From: Orbicella franksi
Taxonomy: Eukaryota
Length of the DNA stretch: 64,000 nucleotides
Direction of reading: 5' to 3'
NCBI GenBank assembly: GCA_964199315.1
Contig: OZ116698.1
Location: 10,044,001-10,108,000, forward strand
The position numbers and the translations under genes are program-made. The notes beneath the pieces were generated by a model. It was not told the DNA's origin and ran no database searches. It saw nothing but the letters and a program-made list of their open reading frames with translations. Positions 1-12,833 of this stretch are shown piece by piece; positions within the stretch are counted from its first letter, which is position 1; each line of letters begins with the position of its first letter.

Positions 1-901
1 CCCGAAAAAGGCGAAGTGTCCGGTATATTTCGCAGATTTTCTATCAGCTTTAAGTTGAAATAAGAATCATGAAATATCACATACCTGAAAATCCGCAATC
101 TTTTGTCTTTTAAGTCTTTTGAGTTCCAGAAGCTCTCTGTATTCCTCCGTATGCCGCAGATCAACAGGCACAGATTCCTCATCCTACAGATAACAAACAC
201 AACACATGCACTACCGCCCAAAGGTAAGTTATCACCTCTCGTCTCGTTTCTCTCGAGAAGCGTCTCGGTAACCGTGAAGAAAAGCTCCGTAAAAAAACCT
301 GTCGGCCGTCTGTCGGCCTGTCGAGATGTATTACTATTTGTTTACGGGTTTTTGAAACCGTTTTGTTGATCGGGTTTATCACTCTATTCCTGTCTATTCT
401 ACAGCAAACATTCTATTTTAGAACTGTCAGTAACTTGTGCTAACCTGTCGGTTTCGGGAGCTCTTCTTCACAATTACCGGAAAATAGATCCGCGATCCTC
501 GGGAGGCGTCTCGTACTGGACCAGAACAAGAAAGTTCAACACAAAATGGCAAGCTGGGCGTCCTTGATTTACGAGATACTGAAAAAACGTAGTATGAATC
601 CGAAGGCGTTGGGAAGGCTTTTTAAGGGGAGGGGAGGCATCTTTCTGGGCGATTGAAAATTACACCGGGTGAGTGCATTCTGAGAGTCACTCGCCCAAAT
701 GGCGAGTGTTGTCAAAATTTAGTTACTGACACTGCCGACGTGACAATTCTCAAAGTGCTCGAGTCAAACAACTTATTCGGGAACTTTTCGCGTTTCACTA
801 GGTTCAGGAGGATTTGAGGAAAACGACTTTTGTTTCACACAGTAAAACGCTTAAATTGCTCATTCCTAAAATAACAACTCAAATTGAACCTGTCATCTTA
901 C

Positions 902-3900
902 CGACAGATATCCAGCTGTGTCATCCGTAGCTACACTTGAGATGTCATCCTCTTCGTCCATCAGCACTTTAGGTTGATACGAAGGAAAGAACGTGGAATT
1001 ACGAAAACCAAGAGTTTGGTAGTAATGGGACGACCTTTTGCTCTGAAAGATTTCAAAACATTGCTTAAAAAATATAACTTTTCGCACTGGATAAGAAAAT
1101 CTTTCAAGCACTCAAAACGGCACTTCTCTATCGATGAAAATGTTAAACCAGCAAACGCCTAAGCCAGAGCCTCATATATTGTCTATATTGCCAGATTTTC
1201 TGGCCACAAAATTAAAACTATCTACGCTAACCGCTTGTGGTTCATTGAGTAATCACCAGGGCTGTGCTCTAGAAGCGCCTGGTGCCACAGGCGGCAAACT
1301 TTTGCCTTTGGGCGACTGGAAAAACTCACTTTTTTTCATATAAGCTTCAATGCTGGGCACCCAGGATTTGGGCTCCTCGTAATTTTCTTAGACCACAGCC
1401 TTGGTAATCACAGAAAACAATTCTTCCGTCTTCTCCAACCCTCTGGTCCAGCTCATCTTCAGTGTATCCCACAACCTCCCTATCAAAACCCATTTTTCAC
1501 ACTCACCCTGTTTCCTGGTCGAGGTAGATTAGGCATACGTCCCGGAACAGGTAATCCTGCTCTCGCTAATTTGATGAAGTATTTCTGGACACGACTGGCA
1601 ACCTTGAGGAACAAGAAGCATTCTTAAACAAACGTGAACGAGGTTATACAAATACACGAGAGTCAAATAGCCACCGATATAGAAAACAGTGTGTCAATCT
1701 AAATTGTTGGAGATTAAGGTAGTAATGTATTATTTTATATATTATATAAGAACCTTAAGCAAACCACGACGACGAAGGCAAGGAGAAAGTCACCAAACAA
1801 AAGTTTTAATGAGCAAAACAATGGCTGTGCACGTGCGTTACAAGTCTTTGTACATTTCTTTGCCGTCCTCTGCAAACCAACAACGTGAAAAGACCAAGTT
1901 CTGCGCAGTTTGAGGAATGCAAACAACGACGAGTAATCTTTGGTTTCCGTGTGGAATTGAACGCTGTCATTGCATATTTAGCCTGAGCACGATTTTAGAG
2001 CCATTGGCGTACTGAAAAGATCTAGACAATTGCGAATTTTGCTGGTGAAATATAAACTCATTTTTGACTAGGCATTGTCCTCGGCGTCGTTGTTGCTTAA
2101 GCTCCCTGTCAAGGTTTGTTGTTCGCCCTTGTCCTCCTTCCTTCTCATTCGCTGAGATCTATTGGGAGCGTGCGATCTATCGGTAGCGTTGCATTTATAG
2201 CGGTAGCGTGGCTGAGTGGTTATAGGAGGCAGCGTGGCAGAGTGGTTAGGACGCCGGATTTGAAGTCCAGAGGTCGCAGGTTCAATCCCCGTTCTGACCA
2301 CCAACTGGAGTTTCACAGCACACCCGACTACTATTGTTAAACGCTACTGCCAGTTAGGGTTTTTAACCTCGTTATGTTTAATTTGAATAATTTGACACTT
2401 AATTGCTTGACCCCACTGGCATTTGGCTTTAAACACTGATCAAGAGTAAATAAGCACTAAGGTAATTAAGCACTAGTTAACTAATCTACTTATTTTATTG
2501 TACATCAAAGAAGACAAAGAAGGAACCTGTTTGAAAGTTCTGTTTCCCAGAGCAGCTGCGATTTTCTCCCACCTCTTGGCTTCCACTTCTTCCTGAGGGT
2601 AAATCTGCAACAGCTTTTCTAATTTAGCCTGAAAATTAAAAATATTGCCTTGTCAGCTATCCTCAAATCTGGTTAAACTTTAAAGTCACTGTATTCTGTA
2701 GTGCCAAGCTTAAAATCAAAAAGGTCAAAAGGTTCAGCCTAGGCAATCCATTATTCTGGTCAGTGGACATACTGTACATGTACAGGTAGTGTAGTGTGTG
2801 TAGTGTTCTTGAGAAATACTGAACCTATCTCCCTCCGAAAATGTGAATGGATAACAGCAACTTCTTGGGGGAGCAACCTGATATGATGTTTGGGGTTACC
2901 GGCGATGAATCAGCACCCCATCCAGGGGGGAGTAGTGATACCTGAGACACTTACATGTAATGGCATAGCAAATAAAGCGATTCACAAAATACACTTTTCC
3001 CATGTATTAAATTATCAAAATCTATCCCTTTCCTAAAACTAGTCTGCAAAACCTGTCAGACCTGTTCTTCAGCTGTCCATGGTTGATTGAATGTTACTGG
3101 TTTCATCTCATCACAGTGACGACCTCGCACCAGTTTTCCGTTTGTAAACTCGCTATTTCTTGGAGTGAAAACACTCGTCAGACTGAGGAGCAAATAACAA
3201 CATTATGCTGGATAAGAAGTGAGTTTCTGGACAGTTTTATTTTGGACAAAACGTCCCATGCTAAGTTGTAGGTTAAAAATGGCAAATGGCTAAGCAACAC
3301 ACCTGTCGAACCTTGCAAAAACAGTTTGAACATTTTGTACTTAATTTCTTATTTCATTTGTTTCATATTGGGATTGGGCCAATAAATTCATAATCATTAC
3401 CTAGCATCATAGGTCTGCACCGCGTGCAAAGTGGTCAGTAGATAATATATACATGTACTCCCTTTCACTCTCAGCCACAAATTCCCAACAACAGTTATAA
3501 CAGTTCACTTATAACTACAGGTTAATTATTAAAACCATACAACATACAGCAAGACATGAACATGATACCAACCTTTCCCTCTCCAGTGGCTTGCCTTGTT
3601 TGCTGGCTACAAACTCTCCCCCAAAGACACTATACACGTTGCTCTCTGAAGAAGCAGCAGATGCAAATTCACCGGTGTCAGAAGTTTGTATTGATGGCTC
3701 ATTTGCTAAAGAAAAAATTACAAATCAGATCAGACAGTCTAATTCAATATTCTCATAAAGTTAAAAAAGAGACTTAGGATATTGACATTGTTAATGCCAG
3801 AGATGCATTCACATCAATCAGACATTATTTGCATACAAACAAATATACAAATATCAGAATTTTTTGAAAAGCGAAAAATTTATGACAGGTAAGATTTAAA

Positions 3901-6900
3901 GATTTACATGTAAAGCTGGCCCAACCCCCCCACTTGCGGACAAAGAACTGGATAATAATAAGATTTAAAGGTTTGTCATGTAGTATTAACGGGTAGTACG
4001 TCCATAGACATTCGTACAGGATGTTGAAGGAAAAGTTTGTGTTCAAGCACAGTGGCCCATCAGTCCTTATCTCTGGTCTCAGTACCTGCAGTATGAAGCA
4101 GCTTATTGGTAGGAATATTTCTACTCCCCCCTGGATGGGATGCTGGTTCATCACAGGGTTACTCCCACGCATTAAATTTGCCGTTACCCATTTGTACATA
4201 GTGGAGAGAGGCACTGTGAAAGTAAAGTGTCTTGCCCAAGAATACCACACAATGTCCCCCAGCCAGGGCTCAAAACCAGACCACTCAATCCAGAGTCCAG
4301 CGTACTAACCATTAAGTTACCACACCTCCTTTCTTTGAACATCTGCAAGTTCATTATGTTACATGTACATGTATTATACAGTTATCTATCCTTCTCCACA
4401 CATTACAGCACCCTGATACTAGGATAAAGTGTTGCCATCATAACAATATTTTTTAATACCTTTTCCCAGGTTGTTAGAGGCAGCTCTAGTGAGGTGGGGA
4501 TTGCTCAATCTCTCTCTATCTATTGTACTCAGAGATACTGTATACTCTTCCCAAGGAATAGACGGAAGCTTAACTACCTTTTGACGAGATGGAAGATCTA
4601 TATGTTCCTAGATGTAAAACAAAATGACAAGGCATCAGATTCCATGTAGCAAACCTTAAGCAGCCATATTTCTCAAAATTCAACAACTCGTGGTCAGCCC
4701 ATTATAAAGATGTAACTGAGCAATTGTCATCACACAATGTGATATAAAATCAAGTTAAACATTTAAAACTGTGTTTACAACTTTCCCACTAAAGAATCTA
4801 TAACCAAAACATAATTGTCAGTGCAAACTGCACATGTATCCTCAGGTTCCCAAATGTACCATTGATTTACCGGAACAGTAAACATAGGTCAAAACCATTT
4901 TTTTTAATCAGAAAACTTGCAACATCACATTCTACCCTGTTTTGTAGCTTCTCCACAAAACTAATAGGATCCTGAAGAGCTTTAGCTTGCTGTTGATAGA
5001 GAACGTCAAGGTCCTTTGAAATAAACCAAACACAAAAAGTTACGAATAAGCATGAGTATTGGTGTTACTAAAATATAGCCTGAGAAAGCCACTTTTACAC
5101 ATGCCTAGAAATAAGTTTTTATTAGTGATCTCAAAGGTTCTCATGTGAGGCACAGGGATGAGCTGTGTAAGACACGGCACTTTTATCACAGTGACTGCAA
5201 AATTCATCACAAATTTTTATTCAGAGGAACTGTGATAATCAGCCAGTTTAATTCATTACCAGGCAAAGCAACAATGTTAGCACTATACGTCATCCCAAAC
5301 TGAGGCTTGCCAAGGCACCTCTAGGATGTGTCATTATACTAGTATGGGTAATCAAATGGTGACAAGTAGAGGAAGGAAATAATTTTGTGCATGTTTTGTC
5401 AAAATTCTTACCAATAATTTCCTGAGCCTTTAGGCAAGGTAAGTTATTTAAATTTTGACGACTTGCAGTGAAATCATTTTTTTAATTTCACAAGTATACT
5501 ATTTGATAACCTTTTAATATCATGGGTTGCAAATTACTTACAATCATGGTTTTGACTTGTTTACCATTTTGAATTTTGCACCAAATATTGCCATGGCAAT
5601 TTTGTAATTTCACATGTGAAATTTTATAAATAATTATTAACGCTGAAATTGTACACCAAAATGAAGGAGTAAAGAGTCACCACGATATTATTACAATAAC
5701 ATTGTATCGCTCGCCACTGAAATTTTGTTTTTAAGTGGGGAATTTTTTAACAACCAAAACTTGATGTTTGTTTCCCTTTGTCTCACACGTTACTTTTTCA
5801 TGATCCAAAACAAAGGAAATCACATTGACAAGAAACATTTCAACCAGCAACCTACATCTGTACTAACCAGCTGCTGTGATGGGACCAAGAATTTTATTTA
5901 CAACTCAAGAACAATTACATTTTGTGCTACGTATTACTACATATAAAAAATTACACTATCTGATCACCTTTACAGCCTGACTCCTCTGTGATTCCAAAAC
6001 CAACAGGGTTTGCAGTAGCAAATGATAGCTAGAGCAATAACAAAACAGTAGTCTTCTAAGCAATGTCTCCTTTGAAACAAAAATCCTTGATACATCAATG
6101 GAGGCTGCCCTTTTTTGTAACTTTCATTACAGTTTATAATACCATGATACAAACTACTATTGCACTTACACTTAAGAATCAGAAAATATCTTGAATTCAC
6201 TGTCTTTTGGAAAGTTATATCTATCATGGAACTGTGAGTGGGTGTTTAGTAAAAATGAAAGATTTTTCTAAGACTTAAGCCAAAATAGTCCATGCTGACA
6301 CACTGTACTTAGTGTTACAATGAAGATGCTTTAGATGTATATGTCTGTAGTACTACTATAAGTCAAGAGTATGTAACTTTACAGCATCAGTGTAAGATCT
6401 CTTTCTCTGCCTTTCTCAGACTAGCAGGGTTATTAGTTGCTAAAGAAACTGTTGTACTGTATTGGCAGGCAAAAAAAACACTTAACTAATATTATCAATT
6501 ACTCCCATGAGCTGATAAAGGTAAATTAACTACTGTCGCAAAGTTGAATATTTCGCAGAATAGATTTACCTTTATCAATGCATGCATGGTTGACAATTAA
6601 CTGTTTAGTCAGAGTAACACCCATCTCTACAACATCACTTACTGCTTATTATCTTTCAGTGCCAAGTGATCAGATTCAAAGTAGAACCGATCGTAATGAT
6701 CATCCTCAGCTTCATCATGGACGAGTACCTGATCATACCACATGTTGACACCTTTGGCAGAAGATTCCTTTTCCAGCCCACTTACTTCCTTGTCTGCCCT
6801 TTCCTCAAATGTTTCTGTCCTTGCACTAGAGATCTTGATGCTAATTTGCTGAGAGCCTTGATCATCCAAAGCACTGTTTGATCCCACATCTACATCAGCT

Positions 6901-7199
6901 TCATCATCTTCCTCAGCTTTGTTTGTAACTGTTCTTATGACACTATCTCGATTCGAATTGTCAGATTTAGTAGGAAACAAGTCTGAAGCTCGATTATACA
7001 AGCAGTCATTTGATCCAACATCTAAATCAACTTCAACGTCCTCATCACTTATATTTGTTTCTGTTTTTATCTCAGTTTTCGTTACTCTATCTTTCGTGAC
7101 TGTTGCTCCAAATGCAGCTGCTGTCGAGCAAAGCTTTAAGGATTGGTTTTCCTTGTCTACGGCTGGACTTGATTCATTTGTTTTCGTGTTTACCTTCAT
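902..7199 (-). CDS. ZZZ3: ZZ-type zinc finger-containing protein 3 (ATAC complex subunit); partial, 3' end with the ZZ finger lies left of the window
   Basis: Phase-consistent GT-AG exons (-): 6643-7199, 5968-6028, 4936-5013, 4460-4607, 3573-3705, 3062-3182, 2527-2628, 1507-1602, 902-1042. They give [40 protein letters not shown]...[10 protein letters not shown] and a SANT region [78 protein letters not shown], typical of ZZZ3. The start codon is uncertain. Confidence 0.92.
1749..2106. mobile_element. non-autonomous TIR element (MITE) in ZZZ3 intron
   Basis: Imperfect terminal inverted repeats: AACCTTAAGCAAACCACGACG at the left and CGTCGTTGTTGCTTAAGCTCCCT at the right. Confidence 0.6.
2226..2480 (+). 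mobile_element. tRNA-derived SINE (family 1)
   Basis: A box (TGGCAGAGTGG) and B box (GGTTCAATCCC) in a tRNA-like head, then a body (GCCAGTTAGGGTTTTTAAC...TTTGAATAATTTG...CCCCACT) that recurs at about 51845-52010. Confidence 0.75.
4040..4330 (-). mobile_element. tRNA-derived SINE (family 2)
   Basis: Reverse-strand copy with GGCAAGACACTTTACT...CAGTGCCTCTCTCCAC...AAATGGGTA...CATCCAGGGGGGAGTAGAAAT; homologous to copies at 13795-14070 and 39697-39980. Confidence 0.85.
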
Positions 7200-7669
7200 G
7201 AGTAACCTCAGTTCCACAAGAAATGAGTTTCAGTATCTCAACTCCTCGCGTAAATAATTAGCTTTCTGTGTAGTACTAACATTACTGTTATAGCCGAACA
7301 CGTGCTGCAAAACTCACTGTTGTATAAACATTCTATCCACTAGAAGAAGCTTCGTGAACAAACCATGAAAACGCCAGTGTCAACGACGACAGCAATGAGC
7401 TTAATTCAAAAGCCTCTCAAATTTCGAGTACTATCTTCTCCATAGACAGGTTTTTATGACCATAGTTTGATTCTTGATCATTTAAAAGTTACATACATAC
7501 TCTCAGCTACAAAATACACTTCTGCTAGGACAAATCGTCCGCCATCTTTGAACTGCGCCCACTGTAGCCCAGAGGTTTATTCTTTGGGAAACAATAATGT
7601 CATTTAGAACTGATCATAGTGTAGCAAACTTTCTGATTATCCTTTCCAATACTAATGGCAATGTACTTA

Positions 7670-8030
7670 TATTTGGAAAATAGTCCAAAGAATATACGCT
7701 CGCTGATTGGTTAAAAATCATGTGTCTATTCAACAATTTTAGATTATTCGCTCCCACTTTCTATCGCGTGATAGTTCACGAGGGAGCAGCCCGAGTCAAC
7801 TATCATGCATAGAAATCGAGAGCGAATAATCTAATTGTTTTAGTATAAATCTACCAGTCATTCAAAACTTTATCTAAATCCTCTTCACAGACATTTAATT
7901 AGAAAACGTAAAGGAGCGGCCGTCATTTTGTTGACCAGCGCACACGTGTTACGCTACTCACTATCTATCACAGAATAGATAGTGAGTAGCGAAGCCAATC
8001 AGAGAACGCTAGTAGATTTATACAATTAGA
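7670..8030. repeat. interspersed non-coding repeat (CTGATTGG / TAGTATAAATCTAC family)
   Basis: Related copies at about 8360-8570 and 63500-63610 (ATCTAATTGTTTTAGTATA...AATCTAC; GAATAGATAGTGAGTAGC..AGCCAATCAGAGAAC). Confidence 0.55.
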
Positions 8031-8575
8031 TTATGAGCACGCCCTACGGGCGTATAATGACTCGCGCGCTTCACACGTGAGGACCGCGCTTACGGCGCTT
8101 CGCGTCTTCCGAAAACGTCCGAAAACGACTGTTTTGCAGTTTAGACTATTTTCTAAATATCAGTACATTGCCAGGCCAAAAATATCAGAAACATCATACA
8201 TTATTTCAAAATGTTTAGAATTTTTTTGAGCAATCCTCACCACTCGAGTGCACTATTGACAAGAGATGAAGTGTAATAGAGTCAATCCCCCATATAGACC
8301 TTATTGCTAAGGTTATCCCTCTCAAGGTATTTTTAGGTATGGTATCGAGTATTGAGAGCGAAGAATCTAATTGTTTTAGTATAGATTTACTAGTCGTTAA
8401 AAAATTTGATCTAAATCCTCCTCAAAAACACTTCGAAAACACAAAGAAGCGGCCCCAGCGCACACTCCTACACAACTCATTATCTACAACAGAATAGATA
8501 GTGGGTAGCATAGCCAATCAGAGAACGGCATTCGTGATAGAACGCTAGTAGATTTATACTAAAACTCGATCGTAT

Positions 8576-8581
8576 AATAAC

Positions 8582-8620
<39 letters not shown>

Positions 8621-9000
8621 CTAATATTTCACAAGGAGGCCTCCAATCACCTAGGGATGGTTTTCAGGAGGGTCCTCTAAAAACTAAAAGTCTAAAATAT
8701 ACATTAAATGTCTAAAATACAGAAGTAATAAAAGTTAAAAACGTGTTACTAAAACTAAGGTTTAAAACTAGACCTAAGATTAAAAATCTACTGCTAACTA
8801 AGGTTAAAAATGGTTAAGTAAAAACTGTTTCAGTTTGTATTTAAAAATCCTTTTTGGTATAAGTTTCTTTAGCTCACTTGGCAGTGAGGCCCAATCGGTT
8901 ATTGCTTTATAGTACGTTTTGTTTCTGCCCCATTCCGTTCTTGGCTTGCTAATTTTGGGCATGCAACCATTTCGGGTATTGTAATCGTGTTGTCGCAACG
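8576..9000 (-). mobile_element. 5'-truncated LINE 3' end with (TTA)n tail
   Basis: ORF 8804-8998 (PRTEWGRNKTYYKAITDWASLPSELK...FKYKLKQFL) resembles the C-terminus of CR1/L2-type ORF2. It is followed on the - strand by a short UTR and a (TTA)n tail, seen as (AAT)n at 8576-8618. Confidence 0.75.
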
Positions 9001-11577
9001 CGGTACATATTTTCTATTTCTTAAATATCATTTCTAGTTTTCGGGGAACATTTTCCTAAAAGCCTTGTGATACACGATGAGTTTCTTACTGATATTAACG
9101 TGTCTCACAACCGCTAGTTTCTACATAAAACCCAGAATTTGGTGATTATTGGACTCCGTTACAAAAAGACAAGTCTAATCACCGATGCATTTTTAGCGAC
9201 GTTCATCAAAGCGAGACGCGCAGCTGGATTGGGGCATAAGTCATAACTCGCTTCCGCTTTTCCGGTTGAACGACCCAACCTTCACCACTCGTGACGAAGG
9301 GTTGAACAGGCCTTAAGTCAGACTTAAACTGACAACGACCCAATTTTGTATCCAGAGCCCTCGCCCCACTTGACCAAAGGCCATGGAAGTTCCCATACAT
9401 GAAGTATCTGAAAGAAACTACCGCAACGCGTTGCCCCGCTTGTCGAGGATGACGCGGGCTCCATGGACAATATCATGGATAGTAAAGAGACTTTCTACTA
9501 TCCATGGACAATATTGAGACAAAGCAGCTTCAGTTCACGATGAGCTCGAGAATCGAGGAAATAGGGAGAAGCAATGTACTCGTATCAGTACATACGGGCT
9601 CATAGAATCAAGATTAAACCATTTAATTATGCTTCCCTTTACTAAACTAACAAAGTTGATTATCATCTAACCACAGCATCATGTTACTAATTCACGACGT
9701 TCGTGCTAATTATTTCCGTGCATCCTTACTGCGCTTGCAAATTCACACGCCACGTCATGCATGAGCGCGCTAAGTAATAAAATGAACAATAATAGGGCAT
9801 TGCCATTGCTATAGCTTTGCCTGGATTTAACGATCTTGGACGTTCAGTGACCCCTATGTTTCTTTTGATGGATCATTTTCTCTACCGATTTTCTACGTTT
9901 AGCGAAAAAATGAAGAAAATCTATCAACTAGAAGTTTGAATTTATTGCAATTTTGTTTTAGCTCTTCGTTTATCTGTGCGACGGTTTCAAATGCCTCTTG
10001 AAGGGTTAAGTTTTGTGAAAACGTTGGTAACATTTGGAATTATTTACGCAACAGACCCACTTCTAGAAAATACTGGTGACTAAGATCGTTTGCCTCCGTT
10101 GACTCACCTTCGATAATTTTAATTATAAACCCCTGTAGACCATGCTGAATTACGCGCGCCAATTTTTCAAAATTAGGGTAGTTTTCCACACGCTTTATCT
10201 CTGAAACGAAGTCGGTGATCCCCAATTTTGTTTTGCATTTCTGACACAAGTAACTCATTATCTAAACGCATTAAAAATTTAAAAAGAATCTATCGACTGG
10301 AAAATTTTCGTACGAGCGTCCTTAAAAAAGTTTTAAAAGCAGGCCTAGGAACAGTTAAAAGAAATTTTTATCTGTGGGTATTGCAAACTGCATGTAATGA
10401 GGGACAAACAGTGAAGATCAAAGAATTCAGCTCGTACCAGGGAGCAAGCTTCCAGACATCCTAGGAGACCTAGCAAACAATCGGAGCGAGTTGCATTACA
10501 TTCTACAAACAGTTTTAAACCAACAGCTCTTTATTGCTTCCTAATTAAAATACCCTAGAGTAGATGTTTAGACAGCTTTTAAGAAAACCTTTTTCTAAAC
10601 TGACTCCTTGTTAAACCACGCCTAAACGCAGTCTGCGTGAATACTGTGGCTAGTCCAAGATGTAATTATGGTACTTTTAGTAACAGTCTATCGTCTTTCT
10701 AAGGCATTTTAGTTAGGAAGCTAAAAGGTCCCCATTGCTGCATCCCAAAAGCAAGGTACATCAGGATTACACTACGCGACTGAAATGTTGCTTCTTTCTT
10801 CCTCAAAGCCATGATGATTCTGCAGAAACGAAACACAATCATACTGTTTTAACAAGACATTGCGATAAAGGAATCATTTTGTCTGCATACCAAACTCAAA
10901 GTTTTCTCGAGTAATCGCGGGGTGAAAGTCACTTTATTCAAGGTGTTTTTTTCAGGTAGCGTGGCAGCTGTATCAGCTCCTAAGAAATTATTTCGTTTAC
11001 TAATGAACAACTTGTACGCATGGTTGAGCGCCTGGGCCCAGCTTACCGCATATCATTTTAAAAGCCCCTTCACGTGTGCAAGCAAAATTACGGTCGCATG
11101 ACTCAAGAGGTCCTTCAGTTGTTACCGTTCGTACCTAGATCTCCCACAACGACCTTAAACGTTCATATGACCTACAAAAGGATCTAAGTATGAGATTGTT
11201 GTGATAGACTTAACAGTAAAGACATGACCATCATCGCCAACATCTTCTGTAGCCTGCATGAGGTCGCGACAGTGTAAAGTACTCGTTGGAATCACAAAAG
11301 GCTTCATACGGAGCGTGTCCAGAATCTCGGCCATTAGTTTACACCATAATAATTATCCTTATAGTTTTCTCTGTTAAACCCTGTATCGTGAAACGATGGG
11401 TTAAGGCCAAGTCTACATTTGAGCCAAGTGCTAACCCATTTGGCCGATGCCTTTCTCCGGTTTTTTTGTAGCGTGAAGAGAACTTCTTTTTACCCCAGGA
11501 TGGGACGGTAGTCCATCGCAGGGCTACTACACAGTATTTCTTTCCCTGATACCCATCTGGCACTGAGGAATGAAATA

Positions 11578-12282
11578 CTACACCGGGATGGAGAGAGGCA
11601 CTGACGCACAGTATGCCCGGTCGGGACTCCGACAAACTTTGACTACTCCAGCCGGTGGCCAGCGCACCAGCATTTGGTATGCGCTAGTGCAGTGAAATCG
11701 TAGGTATACTAAATAAATTATGTATTGTTGTACGTATGTAATTTTTCTTATCCTACCTTCTTGCACAGTTGCATGTACTTCAACTACGTTGAAGTCAGTT
11801 TGGGTGCCTTTGTCCAGATTCGTCATAATGGCTTGTTCGGAGACCTTCGGCAAAGCACTCTCGGCTGTCACCGAAGACAGACCCGTTTCAGTAGAACCAC
11901 ACTTGTAAACACCGCTGTCCACGACAGACTCAACGGAAATGGCAAGATCTCCTGTGATTGGAGGGCGATTGTGAGTGGGTTGACGCATGCGTGGCCATGT
12001 TCCTACGCTGGAGATTCTTTGGATTGCTCGCGCGGGCACTGCTTCCTCCTGCTCTTCGATAGTCTCCAAGACTACGTGGTCTGTTCCCGCTGGGTCACCA
12101 GCTGTGAAAAAAGCCGGTGTATCTACTCCAGGAGGGGACCCCGGGATGACTACCTGAGAAGGGTCATCGCCAAGGACCCAGTCCAGTTTTAAAGTCGCCC
12201 TGTTGATTTCTCGTTTCGTTTTAGCTTGGGCCTGAGAGCCTTCCTCGCCATCAACACTGTCCCCGGAGATTGATTTAGACAT
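11578..12282 (-). CDS. uncharacterised protein (about 234 aa from ATG 12282)
   Basis: Long ORF MSKSISGDSVDGEEG...REINRATLKLDWVLGDDP...VPLSIPV*, GC-richer than its flanks, with a possible splice acceptor near 12342. No family recognised. Confidence 0.6.
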   Translation of the reverse strand: MSKSISGDSVDGEEGSQAQAKTKREINRATLKLDWVLGDDPSQVVIPGSPPGVDTPAFFTAGDPAGTDHVVLETIEEQEEAVPARAIQRISSVGTWPRMRQPTHNRPPITGDLAISVESVVDSGVYKCGSTETGLSSVTAESALPKVSEQAIMTNLDKGTQTDFNVVEVHATVQEGRIRKITYVQQYIIYLVYLRFHCTSAYQMLVRWPPAGVVKVCRSPDRAYCASVPLSIPV

Positions 12283-12833
12283 ATTTGGACCAGTTTGGCA
12301 AAACCTACAAGCTGTAGAAAGGAGCGTTAAAACCAGAATAACCTGAAGATAAATCAAGCAATCGTACTTCTTTTTCCGGTTTTTGTATCTAATCAGAGAA
12401 ACGCGCGAGCACAATAGGTTAACAAAGATCGTGAGAAGACATGACAGATACTACAAGTCATTGTTTTGTGAACACAGATGTTCAATTTTTTCAAAAAGAA
12501 AACGTTAATTACGTTAACCTTATATTGTAGTCACGTGTTTTGCGTTCTTGCGTTCCCCGAGTGGCTAGCTATAGCAATGCTTCAGCGAAAACGTACAACG
12601 CCACGATAACTTCAATGTTATTGGACAATGTTAGACTATGGCGTCATTTAACCATGAAAGGTTTGGAAAACATATAGGGCTAACTAAACGCGCAAAATAT
12701 CAGACCGTGGTGCACAGTAATATGCCGAGTTGACAGCACTAGAACAGATTCGTAAAATACCCCCGCGTATTTTGTATCAAACCGGTCGATAAGGTGTATA
12801 TATTTTATACAAGAAGACATGTCATTGCTAATG

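Noticed and set aside
125-230. + strand exon-like segment ending AAAG|gtaag
   Set aside because: Lies antisense within a ZZZ3 intron next to repeat sequence, with no recognisable product.
2226-2300. apparent tRNA gene (TGA anticodon, Ser-like)
   Set aside because: The acceptor stem does not pair, there is no long variable arm, and it runs into a SINE body repeated elsewhere in the window.
11720-12192. + strand ORFs overlapping the orphan gene
   Set aside because: Antisense shadows with no recognisable features.
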